A stretch of DNA of 64,000 bases from the human T2T-CHM13v2.0 reference genome, Homo sapiens. Shown one piece after another: positions 13,170 through 26,570 of the stretch. Location of the stretch: assembly GCF_009914755.1 (NCBI RefSeq), contig NC_060929.1; one strand, 5' to 3'. The translations under genes and the position numbers were made by a program. Position 1 is the stretch's first letter. Every line of letters starts with the position of its first letter. The notes under the pieces were generated by a model, which did no database searches, had not been told where the DNA came from, and saw nothing but the letters and a program-made list of their open reading frames with translations.

Positions 13170-13350
13170 TGAGGTATAATGTTGATTCTAATCCTGGAGT
13201 CATATGTTCAGGGTCAGAAGTCCATTTTTACAACTTTCTTGATTCTTACCACTAGAAAACTTAGACAATGAAGGCACATATTTTTTTCTTAATTATAAAT
13301 GAAAGATAATTGGAACTACCTCATGAGGTTGTTGAAATCCTAAAATAATA
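13170..13350 (+). mobile_element. MIR fragment
   Basis: ggagtca...agggtcagaagtcc...aaatgaaagataattggaactacctcatgaggttgttg. Confidence 0.55.
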
Positions 13351-13621
13351 AAATAAACTTTAAAGGTATCATTATCAGGCTACATCAAGTTTCAAAATAT
13401 TATATATCTCATTTAACTGTACCCCCAAAATTGTATGTGATAGTAATTATACCAATATTTTCTTCCAGAAGAACGTTAAATACAGATGATGAGAAAGGTC
13501 TTTTTAAAAACTGGTGATTTAAATTAGCATGTCTTTTTTTTCTGATTATGTATGATGGTGACTTTGAGCTTAATAGTTATATTTAATTACAATTTTTAAC
13601 AAAAAGAGTGAGCTCACCTGA

Positions 13622-13978
<357 letters not shown>

Positions 13979-14057
13979 TCACATCCCTTTTTACTATCCA
14001 CATCATAATATATCTTACCTTTCTGGTTGTCTAGTTGTTCATCATTTCAAATATAGC

Positions 14058-14355
14058 TTTTTTTTTTCCCCCCTGATACAAGGTCTCACTCTGTCATCCA
14101 GGCTGGAGTGCAGTGGCATGATCTTGGCTCACTGCAGCCTCAAACTCCGAGGCTCAGGTGATCTTTTCACCTCACCCTTTCTGGTAGCTGGGACTACAGG
14201 CACGTGCCACCATGCCTGGATAATTTTTTCTATTTTTAGTAGAGACAGTGTTTTGCCATGTTGCCCAGGCTGATCTCGAACTCCCAGTCTCAAGCAATCT
14301 TCGCTTCGGTCTCCCAAAGTGCTGGGATTGCAGGCGTGAGCCACTGCACCCGGCC
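14058..14355 (-). mobile_element. AluJ
   Basis: cactgcagcctcaaactcc..ggctcaggtgatc; gttgcccaggctg...ctcaagcaat. Confidence 0.88.
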
Positions 14356-14631
14356 CACTTAATTTTTAATCTTAATAATACGACTCTGAAAACCTAGCAA
14401 GTAGGCTTCTTCCAGTCTAGCTCAAAGCCATCTTATTCTCATTTGCCCAGATTATTACAACTAGTCTCTCCTGGGTCCACACTGATCTCGAAATTGCTAC
14501 ATCTGTCCCTGTAATGAGTTTGTATCACTCAACAAGATCAGTCATCAATTCCTTGGAACGTTTTGCTTCTTTGGCCTCTAGAAGGGTCATAGTCTCCTTC
14601 CCTCCACCAACACACAAACATACTTTTTCTT

Positions 14632-14933
<302 letters not shown>

Positions 14934-15640
14934 CAAACATACTTTTTCTTGGATTTTCTCTACATCTAGGAGTAAACATAATCAAAGGTCATTTCCTAGA
15001 TTTTTGTTTTTTTCTCTTTATTGTGTCCCTTCAGAAGCTCAGTTATCACAGGGGCGGAAGCCTAGTCCTCTCATGATTCACAGTTCTGTCCCTCCGCTCT
15101 GCTAGACTCAGGAAAATCAAACAAACTAGATTTGGTGCTAAGCCTATGATGCAGACTTGCAAATAGCGACAGAGGAGTGTCAAAGAAAATTGAAAAAGCT
15201 CAGTCGTCTTGCACATTTTTTGGGGTGGTATTTGAAAATGACACCACTGAATGCTGAGAAATTTGATGATGTAAGTTAAGCTAAACTGCAGCCAAATTTA
15301 AATTCCTTTAGAAAATTTGATATAATAGTATACATTCTTACAGCTCAATTTCCTACTTGATAATATACCTCTAATCTTGGGCTAGGATTTAACATTTTAA
15401 TTCAAAGTTCTACATTTAATAGCTTTATGTAATCTATAAATGCATAGTATATTTTTAAACATGAAGTTAGTGAGATAATTTTGCTAAAGGGGGAATCTGA
15501 AATTTACATTAAATTCCCTTTGCCTACTGTGGATTAGAGCTCTAAAGAGAGAAGCAAAGGTTTTAAGTTATAGTTTAACAAAGTTGCTGCTCCCCTCTCA
15601 ATTTTAATCCACCTACCTGAAAATTTACATGCTTTATTAA

Positions 15641-15973
<333 letters not shown>

Positions 15974-16034
15974 TAAAATTACCAGGAGTCATGGAACACA
16001 GTTCAGTGATTAATAACAATAATAATAATAGTAA

Positions 16035-16356
<322 letters not shown>

Positions 16357-19300
16357 GCCCATATTCTTTAATAAAATGGATGTAGACATTTAGCTATATG
16401 AAGTGACTATTTAAGAATTTACTTTAAGAAATTTATTAAAGTGCTCCCTCCTATTCATGCTTTCATATGAAACAAGTGAGAATATGAATATATGAACATA
16501 TGCCAATTATGAGACATTGATGAGCAAACACAATAACAAACATCCCTCTCTTTCATTTACTTTATAGAAAAGAGCATTATTCTTCAATACAATGGGTACA
16601 AAATTTAATTGCACATATAATTATGTATTGTCTCCAAGAAAGAAAATGAGAGAGCTCTGGTAGATATTCATAATATCATATTAATAATAACCATGCTTCA
16701 TTGCCATTACATATGTACTTGTGTGAATTATGTGAATTATGCAAATATGAAGTATTGATAAATTATATTGAGATACCTTCTGCAGAGCAAAATTTATGTG
16801 AGATTTAATACAGTTTTCATTTACCAAGATTTCTCTTGAGCTTTTACTAAAAATCACTGACTCCATTTTCATATAATCTTAATATTCTTGACTATATATT
16901 TTAAAAATTCTGTATGTGAAAAAATGATTGGCTAAATTATAGATATGTTTTATTTTACTTTGAATATTTTGATGGAATAAAGTTTTTCAAATTTATGACA
17001 GAGAATTTTGAGTGCAAAATGTATGCATTCAGGATTTTCCTGAATACTTTGCTAAAATGATATAGTGAGATTTGAAGATGTATTTTCCCTACATAACTGC
17101 TAGCTAAAATATTATTGTATTGAGAGATACATACATTGTATGCGTTTTGAGAATTAAAAACAAAGAGGTGGTCTGCTCTGAAGATATTATCACAGTTTTC
17201 TGCAAGACATGCCTCTATAAATGCTTTTATTACTTCTTACTTGAAGTCCCTAGAGATTTTAATATAGGTTTACATTTTGCATGTGTGTATGATCTTTACA
17301 TATTAGAGAAGTAATGTCTATATTCATGCAAATGTCCACTCATCAGGAAGATATTTATAATCATTTAACCCAAAGGAGTCTCTGTCAATGTCTATCACAT
17401 CAACCTGATTAATGTTTTCCAGAAATTTTTCTAAGTAAAATTTCCTAATGCATTTATCTCTTCATGTCCTATTCATTATATGGTTGCAATGGACATGGTT
17501 CAAATAAAAAATAACTGTGTCCCAATATCCCTGTATCCCCTACCCCATCTAACCACTAAAAGCAGGTTTATATTTAGTAAACAGTTGTTTTTTATGTAGG
17601 TCCTTTTGGTCATGTTTGGATAATTTTTTTAAATTACTTGGGAACGTTTAGTCTCAAGAACAGTCTCATTTCAGTTATGAAGTAGAGTGTTTTCTACATA
17701 CTGAACTCTCATATAATGCAAAGATTTTCCACTTGTGCACTTGAGATTTATTTTAGCCTAGGAAGTCTGCAGTGGTGGAGGTCAGAACAGCTTCTCCTCC
17801 GACTTCATTCCAGCTACTCCTTCTCCAGCTGTGGCCAGTTGACATGACTGTGTCCATATTATCAAAAGTAAAAGGGACACAGTCTAACCTGGTGGACACA
17901 GTTGCTATTTCTGGGCTTTATTGATATTTAAATTTGAGTTAGTCTCTCATGGATCAGTTTCTACAGTTTCAGAGAGATCCTCTAGAAATTTTCAATTATA
18001 ATTTCCTTATGAGGTATTTCACAGCAAAAATACATTCCCAAGGAATAAACAGATCAATAAAACAATAAAAACATGCTTTTTGAGTCTTCAATCTTAACAT
18101 TTAGTAACATTGATTCGTACAGCAAAAACCCTCAAACTGTTTTATTTTCACTGTATTTACAAGTACTGCAGAAATAGGACATGGGAATATTTGTTGACTA
18201 TTGTTTTGTTCTTGGTTTTGGAGTCTGTGCTATATCTGAAACAAAAGAGCCCCATAACTTGCTGTTATTCTTATTATTTGCTGTCTTTGAGCAGAGAGCT
18301 TATATTTTCCCCACTGTGTGCATAATACTGGAGTGGTACCTAGAAGGTCCTCCATATATTTGCTGAAAGAAGGAATAAACACTTCATGCATAGTGGGTGT
18401 TTGGAGCCGACAAGTCTATAGAGAAGGATGACCACGAGGCTGGAGAAAAATATATGCTTTAAGACTGGACATAAACAGGAGGTCAGGAGATCTTGTTAGA
18501 AGTCTACACTGTGGGAAACAAACAGTAATGGTAACTCTGAAGGGAAGAATATAATTGAGAGCATATTTAGAAGTATTGACAGCATATTTAGAAGTAAGAA
18601 GCCATGAAGAAATAAAATTAGTACTGTTAGGAAAAGGCAAGAGAGATTTTACTATACTGACTTAGAATCAGATTTATGGTTGCCCCTTTATGTTACTGAT
18701 TTTTTTTTTTTGGTGTTTTGGGATTTTTCTCAATTTTTGGTTTTGATTAAAATCTGTTTTTAACATGCTTTTTACCACCTGAGACTAATTATAATATTAA
18801 ATATAGACAAAGTTTGTGCAGTAAATATAGAATTAGTGATTTGCTTAGAACTGCATATTTGTTACAACTAAAAGTAAATTCAAGGCTTTACAGTTTAATA
18901 TCATTATTTACTTTAGATTTGAAGATATGGAAGCTGAAGAATTTGAAATTATCTGCTCAACGCAACTGGATTGAGCAATAGGAAACTGATTAGAAACTAC
19001 ATGTAAAAAGATATTAAACTAATAAAAAATAGGAGTTTATAATCGCAATGTTCCTTGAATTTAAATTTGGAAATTTTAAAATATTTATAGAAGGTTTCAC
19101 TACGGAGGTAACATATTTCAAAAGTAGGTTCCTTGAAGTTCAACATGTGAAGCTCTTGCCTTGGAAGATAAAGAGAGGGGAGTGAGTATATAGGAAATAC
19201 CTACATATTCCAATAAATTCCAGTATACAGGAAGATTCTTAAAGGTCAGTGTTATGATTAGATCATGGAAAAAATGGAAAAAGAAAGCTCTTACACTAAA

Positions 19301-20828
19301 TATATTTTTGTTTAGAATGCATTTAACAGAATGATTTACAGGAAAATGCTTCTATTTATGGCGATCTCAACAAATAAATGTTTTGAATTGAGCATGGTTG
19401 ACTTTGTTTCTTACAAAACAAAAGGAGTGGTGGCAGTGACAATTAGCCAATGGGCTTTATTACTCTCCGTTCCCTTTCTCTCTCCTCCTCTTAATTTTTT
19501 TTTTCTAAATGAGTTTTTAAATACACATATAATTTATATTTATAATGTAATATTATTAGAAGTGAGTACAATAATAGAAATTATTTAGTATCTATATATA
19601 GTATATATTATGTTAGTGTATTAGTGTATATAATACACTATAATCATGACCTTTGATTTCATGGATAAGAAAATGAAGGCCAAGAGAAGTTGATAAACCA
19701 AGGGGAGAGAAACAGTGGCAAAAACAATGTCACATTCTAGGTTTTCTGATTGACAGTTGTATGTTTTCTTAAGCTCCTCTCTACTTTAACCCAATGAGCA
19801 GTAATGGGATTTTCGTTTTGCTTTAACCACATAGCAGTAATGGGTTTCTATCTGAGAAATTATAGGCATCAATTCTTCCTAGGGTCTGGTTAGCTAATTG
19901 TTTAGGTATTTAAAAAATTTTTTCTTCTGCTCCACACAGGTGCTTTTTAGTCTTGTCCTCATCAAACCAGTGTAAGTCTCTCCATTGCTAGTGGGAGAGT
20001 GCTTTGTGAGCTCCCAAAATATTCCCCACTACAGAGAGATACCTGTCACCATGTTTCCATATGTCTAGTGATTGGAACACATATTACTCCGACATCTAAA
20101 CCAACCCAGAGGCATTGAAACACTTATCACCATATCACATGTCTACTTTAAAGGATGTAAAAACCGGAATAATTTCTGAAAGAAAATATGACTGTGATAA
20201 ATTCCTTATAAATAATGATGGAGAGAATATGTGGGGGATTTTAAGTTTTTTATACTTCATGAGGAAAATATATTTTAGCCTCAAGTTATATTTATTGTAA
20301 TGTTTGTTTATTAAAATATCATATGTTAAACATTGCCTTTTTGTCATATCATGTGTATGTTTATCTCTTAAATAAGATTGTAATTGTATAAGTAATTAAT
20401 GTAATACAAATAATAAGGCAATTAATACAATAGTATAGTATAGACAAAAAATGTTAAAGCATCTATTTCACAGATTATGACATGAATAAACCACAGAAAC
20501 TACAAAATTGATTGAAATGTGAGCTAAAATCTAGACACTCTGGCCATTAAAAGCAGACTCAGAGAAGTGTGAGAGTTACAACACCTAAATCATTTCTGTT
20601 AACTCTAGTAGTTCAGCACAGTCTACATGGAAAAGAACTGATGAACACATTCATAAATTCCTTACACCAACACTCATTAAAGAGTTTTCTAATTTGTTTT
20701 CATAAAGCAGAGTATGAAGCATAAAATTTGAGTTGTATATCAAGATGCATATATATTAAGTTTACCAACTTAATTGTCTTCAGTGATTACAACTTCTAGA
20801 CTAGTCTTCTCTGCCAAAGAGCCAAATG

Positions 20829-20842
20829 CCACCAGATGGCAG
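20829..20842 (+). promoter_or_regulatory. Putative CTCF binding site
   Basis: CCACCAGATGGCAG fits the core consensus CCASYAGRKGGCRS at every position and lies in non-repeat sequence. Confidence 0.6.
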
Positions 20843-22468
20843 AGGGAATTCAATTTAATATGACTCAGGTTGATTCAGTCAGCTAAATAGTTATTAAGAT
20901 CTACTCTAAGAGCTTAATACTCTCTTACTACTCTAAGAGATATGAAGTACAGTTCTTGATTTCAAGGTGTTGATATTTTATGAGATAAAAATAAAAAATA
21001 AGAAGTAGCTTGACTATGAGAGTATATAATGTAATGATAATTCAATTTACCAACATTTATTAGATCATCATAAAGTACTAGATGAAGGGAAATAGATGCA
21101 AACAAGCTAACTGCTATGTACTAGTTTCTACAGCCCAGATTTCAGTTATTATCTTTCTAAGCAGTTAGTTTCATAAACTAAAAGTTGTCTATGAGAGCAA
21201 CCTTCACTCTCTATTCCCAGGCTTTAAATCAATAAGATCTATGAAAAGCCTGCTACTTTGTGCTTTCTGGTAAGATTCCTTTGGTTGCTGTTTCTTTTCC
21301 TTTTCTTTCTAGTCAACATGATATTTAACCTTTAATATCATCTTTCTCATTTTACCAGATATTTTAAAAGGTCTGAAATGAGTGCAATATGACAAAACAT
21401 ATCAGTGTTTTAAAATCACTGAAAATGTTGTCTCAAAAACAGGGTTTTTAGAAGAAAAAATCTTTCACACAATTTTAATTATTTGAATGAAGATATTATA
21501 GTTAAGGTTAATGCAAGAATTGTCAAGGCAGTGATGTATGCATGATAATTGTGTAGTGTTAACATGTGATTTATGTTAGTCTACTTAATTTCCTTTTATT
21601 CCTATGACATAGTCTCACAATCTATAAAAATAATAATATTGACTATTAAAATGAATTTTTTTGTAAGCTCTCAAGTCAACTAAGCCTTTATCTAACTTCA
21701 ATTAGATTCAGATAGCGTCAAGAAAGAAAATTTGAACTGAATACAACATAGTGTGTAAAAGCATTCATTAGTACTTTTATGTTAAGCTTCTCATTTCATT
21801 TCCAACCACAACTAATTATCCTCACTAACTTTATAATTCTGTAGAATGAAAACTCTTCCTGTCCACCTCATATTGCAATAGCTAAACTATTTTTACTTGC
21901 TTTTCTTCCTATTCGTTTTTCTTTATACAAATGCACCCATAGTGTGACCTAAGAAAAATAAATAACATTCATACCTAGAATAAATTTTCTTATAATAAGC
22001 AACATTTTTGTCCTTGAATCATATTTTGATGACATTTGCTTTCTCGTTCTGTAGAAGATTAAACAACTTTGAAATGTTTTTGCTTCCTCACTGAACTCAA
22101 TAGCAATGTGAAATATATATATATATATATACACATATGTATTTTCATTTAAATGACTGTATTTACATATAGGTTTCTCACTATCATTGCTTTCTAACCA
22201 TAAATTCTAAAATTGCAGTTTTGAGTACCTCTTTAATCCATAAGTTATTGGGCAGAATTAATTCTAATAAATAAATTTATGCATTTATCATTTTATATTC
22301 ATTCCACAGTTTTTATCAAATTGGAATTCGTGTTCCATAAACAAAAATCCTTTAGGGAGATTTAAAGAATCAGATTTATAAAAATGATGGTTTGATGACC
22401 TTCAAATTTTCATCAGTAAAATATATAAAGAGCAAATATAAACACGTGCCATTTTAACACAAGCTTAC

Positions 22469-22699
22469 CTTGCCTACGTACTGATAATCAGATCCTGTAT
22501 ATTCTTCAAGTAAGAAAAATTGATTCCACATCCAACCACGTTTTTGACGATGGAGAATTTTGCCATCACTCCTTGGTACACGTGAACTTAAAATTCTTTG
22601 CTGTGGCACAGGCGTCCTTCTGAACATTATTTCTGGAGAGCAGAAATGTGGCAGGCATACCCAGAATAGAAACAGTAGCAAAAATTGATGTATTGTCAT
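22469..22699 (-). CDS. CDH10: Cadherin-10 (type II classical cadherin), coding part of first coding exon (77 codons, phase-0 end)
   Basis: Translation [22 protein letters not shown]...LHRQKR|[23 protein letters not shown] matches my recall of the human CDH10 N-terminus: hydrophobic signal peptide, RQKR furin site, and GWxWNQFF type II cadherin EC1 start with Trp2/Trp4. ATG has A at -3 and an in-frame TGA at -6. Ends at canonical donor AAG|gtaagc (GT at 22468-22467). Confidence 0.97.
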
Positions 22700-22822
22700 A
22701 GTTCACTTCTTGACAAATCCCAGTGTAGATGAAGAGAAGTGGTCCTATTTTACCCAGTTGGTTTTACTGTGTTTCAACTGGTTTCCAACATTTCATCAAT
22801 GTTTTGTTCATGTTTCCCAAAG
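22700..22822 (-). other. CDH10: 5'UTR portion (123 nt) of the CDH10 first coding exon; whole exon 22469-22822 (354 bp)
   Basis: Acceptor ctttttttgtttgtttgtttgtttgaag|CTTTGGG (AG at 22824-22823) upstream of the ATG. The non-coding first exon and the next coding exon are not seen in the window. Confidence 0.88.
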
Positions 22823-22856
22823 CTTCAAACAAACAAACAAACAAAAAAAGTTAGTT
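22823..22856 (-). promoter_or_regulatory. 3' splice signal: branch point (aaCTAAC, branch A ~22851), U-rich tract and AG
   Basis: Minus strand reads caactaac-ttttttt-(gttt)n-gaag immediately upstream of the exon. Confidence 0.8.
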
Positions 22857-23313
22857 GACAACATTATCATTATTACTTTTCATTTAAAATTTAAAGTGAC
22901 AATAGTTTATTAATAACAACCAAAACATTCATTTTCTTTATTTTTCATACAATAACGGATAGCTTTGAGAAATATTACTTGTCTAGCAATATGTCTACAA
23001 TGTACAAAAATATAATTGTAAATGTTTATTTCCACCAAATTCTAAAGAAAGGACATTATTAGGCTTTTTTTTCTTTTGGCACTTTAACAGTTTTTAGTAA
23101 TTACATTGCTATATACACAGGAGATATAGTTCATTCTGCATGTCAATTTTTTCAGAGTAATTTAATGCAAATTATAATTTTGAAAACAAAACTGATTTAA
23201 ATAACCTACAGGAATCACGCCTTCTGTTGTGCAATTTTATATTTTAATGTTTTTAAACAGCAGCATCATTTCTTCAAATTTAATCCTACTCAGAGGTAAA
23301 AGTAAAGGCACAA

Positions 23314-23343
23314 ACAAAACAAAACAAAACAAAACAAAACAAA
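23314..23343 (+). repeat. (AAAAC)n microsatellite
   Basis: aacaaaacaaaacaaaacaaaacaaaacaaa. Confidence 0.9.
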
Positions 23344-23469
23344 TGAGAAAACTAGGAATGCCTTCCTTTGAAGTGCTCTCCTCTCTTCCCTGTTAGGTTA
23401 GCCTGGGGAACACCTAGAGTTTCCTTGAGTAGAAAGTAATCACTACTACAGTGAACCAATTTGTAATAT

Positions 23470-24175
23470 AATTAAATCCAGCAGATAATCTGCTTCTAAC
23501 TACCTCTACTGCCTGGTCCAGAACTCCACTATACCCCAGGCTGACTATGGTAACAGCCTACTGACTGTTCTCTACACCCTCCGTGCCACTATTTTCTCAA
23601 CAAAATTTCCTTAGAAATCCATTAAAATTTAAGTCAGATCATGTCATTTTTTTTTCCACAAAACACTCCAGTGGTTTCTTATCCCACTGTGATGGAAACC
23701 AAAATCTGTCCAATAATACTGCACTCAATTTCATCACTGCTGTCCACCTCTCTGACCATGTTTCACTTTAACCCTCCACCACATCCCCCTAAACTGACTC
23801 TTCTCCAGCCACAGGGTCCTTCTTGCTTCACCATGCAATACATTTTACATGCTCCCTTCCTTAACCAGCAACTTCCTACTTGTTCTCTGTGCCTAGAATG
23901 ATTTTCCTGTAGATGTTCACCTAGCTAGATCCTCTGTTTCCTTCAGGTCTTTCTTTAAAACCACCCCTGACATTTCATATATTCCAGTATACTCCATGTA
24001 TTTTATTTATTTATTTATTTATTGTGTACATATTCTGTTTTTCTTCTACAATCCCATGTAGGAAGATAATTTTACTCTTTTCTTCATCACTGTATCACAG
24101 TGTATAAAAAAGAATCTTGTCTATAATAGATGTTCAATAAACAGTTTGAATGTATGAGTAAATGAATGAATGAAT
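23470..24175 (+). mobile_element. L2a 3' portion
   Basis: aagtcagatcatgtca...aaaacactccagtgg; tgcctagaatg; terminal atgttcaataaa...tgaatgaatgaa. Confidence 0.75.
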
Positions 24176-26403
24176 TGCAAGTCAATGCAAATATTTGACT
24201 ACCATTACCTGCTATATGTTTTTGTGCCCAAGCATTTATGTATAGAGATATATATTTTTGAATTACAGTAATTTTTATATTATTCTTCACTTATATTATT
24301 GTGAACATACTTATTTTGTTTTGTGTGTGTGTGTGTGTGTCTATTGTCTTTTGTTTCCTAATATGTATGGATTTTATTTCAGGATATAATAAAGTATGTG
24401 TTATAGAAAGTGATTTGAGAACCAAAAGGATTGAGTTTCACTTCTCTAATATGGCAATGCATTATAAGTACTCCTGCTTTTACATTTATGCTTACATCCA
24501 CAGTAATTTGTTAGCAATCTCTTTACTTTTTGTTTCATTATTAAGAAGATTTAAAAGTTAATATAAATGTTTCAAAGAAATAAGATTAATAGTGAAGCAG
24601 TGCCTCCCTTGAGTGTATTAAATGACAGTGGAGTCGTCCACAATGCCTGAAGACGTACAGCATGATAGATGGAAATTGTATTTCAATATGTCATGTAATA
24701 CTCTACTTGGAGTTTAGAAATTATCTGATGCATAAAATGGTCTTACATCACAAAGCACTGGAACTCAAATTGATTGGATTCTAAGTAATAGGAACATTTA
24801 CCAAAATAGTGGCTTTTATATGTATTAGGATGTGCCAGACGGTATTCTCCAGAAATGTACTCTATTCCCAAGAGGCAGGGGAGAGTTTGTGTAAGTGAGG
24901 GTTTCTGCTTTCTTCTACAAAAGCTTTAAAACCTATTGAAGAAACAGTCATTCTCATTTCATCTCTTTTTACATTTTTAAAAATTGTCAGCAATTCTATG
25001 ATGCATTGGTGATCATTTTCAATACAGTTATAACCTTCCCTAGTGTGAAAAGCCTACTCACCAATGTTTTGGAAAAGAGTAGGTGGGGACTATAGCTATA
25101 AAAGTTGCTATTGAATAATTGGACCCCACATGCATGAGATCATTTCCTTTGTTATTGTTCTAGTTTCAATTATTTAATGATAAATGTCCTGAAGAATCCC
25201 CAGTAAAATGCATTATTTAATACTGATGCAAGATAATTAGAAAGTATATAAAATACATTTTACATAAAGACTACAGTATTTGACAAAAACATTTTGAACA
25301 ATGACACGGTTAAATAAAAATAGAAAATTATATGAAACAAATCTAACATTTAATTTCTCTGCAGTTAGTTCTTCCTAGTTATGTTCTAAGTAACTAGGAG
25401 CCTACATATTAGATATTTCAAAACATTGTGACTTTAGTATAAATATCACTAATAATCATCCTTCCAGTAACCTAACCCAAATTACAGAATATCTTTGGCA
25501 TTTCCATTTAGCCAAGTGTACCTTTTACATGGTCAGTCAATGCATTGCTTTGCTGCTTTTTCCACCCTATGGCTCTCAGCTGTCTTTTTTTTTTGTCAGT
25601 GTGTCATCACACTATTTTAAACGATTATCATTTCATGCAAACAGCATACAATAACTACTAACGGCCGTTTTCCTTAACCTCAATCTTTCTTATTTAAAAT
25701 ATATCCTACAGGGTGTTAGCTAAATTAATTTTCTGAAGCCCACTTCTCCAAGGCTCAAATCAATTAAAATTTTTGAACATGTCTACCACTGGGAAGATTA
25801 ACATCAAAACTTTATATTTCATTTCAATATCCGAAACCAGATAATTTTTAAAACATCATTTTGTAATATTTCTAGTTGTTTTAATTTCAACCCTGATATG
25901 TAACTTCTTATATGTATAAACTATCTCCCCACTAATAGACAATTCTGAATAATATCCAGGTGATTTGAAACGTATTGAATTTTCCTCAATAGTAAAAAGT
26001 GGTATATACAGATGTATCAGTATATGTCTCTTTAATTAACTGATATTTATAAAAGCCTCTCTAAATATGTTGGACTATTTATGATGAGAAATAAAAGCTA
26101 AATTTTAGGATATAAAAATATTACATAAGGGAGCTGTTGTGCTTGCTTGAAATTATTAACAGAATTATAATGAAAAGGAATCAGGTGGGTTGAAACTATT
26201 ATTAAACTACCTCTCTGACTAAAAATGCTAAAATTAATGAAATTCTATAATTTCAGTCCCAGTTAATTTTATTTTTGGAAAATATTTTCAAAACTACATT
26301 TCTTTATTTTAATATCAAAAATAATTTAATATGAATATCCTATGAACTTTAAGAATTATTAAAACATCCTTCAGCCATTCTGCAATCCCATATTTCCTTT
26401 AGA

Positions 26404-26570
26404 CCAGTGCTCCTCCACTTTTAATATATATTCACAACTCCTGGGTCACTTGTTAGATATCTATGTTCTCATTCAGTGGGTCTGGTGTGGGGCATAAGAT
26501 GCAACATTTCTAATATGTTCACCTATAATGCCAATGCAGGCGGACCATGTGCTTTGACTGGCAAAGCTGT
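26404..26570. mobile_element. MER5-type hAT-Charlie element
   Basis: cagtgctcctccact...ttcagtgggtctggtgtggggc...catttctaa...ggacca..ctttga. Confidence 0.65.

Noticed and set aside
18559-18597. Short direct repeats (agcatatttagaagta x2; similar pairs at ~27338, ~35108, ~50965 and ~54920)
   Set aside because: Two-copy slippage duplications, not CRISPR-like or otherwise organised arrays.
22454-22468. C-terminal VSLC* of the 81-aa ORF
   Set aside because: Read-through past the AAG|gtaagc donor; it is intron sequence.
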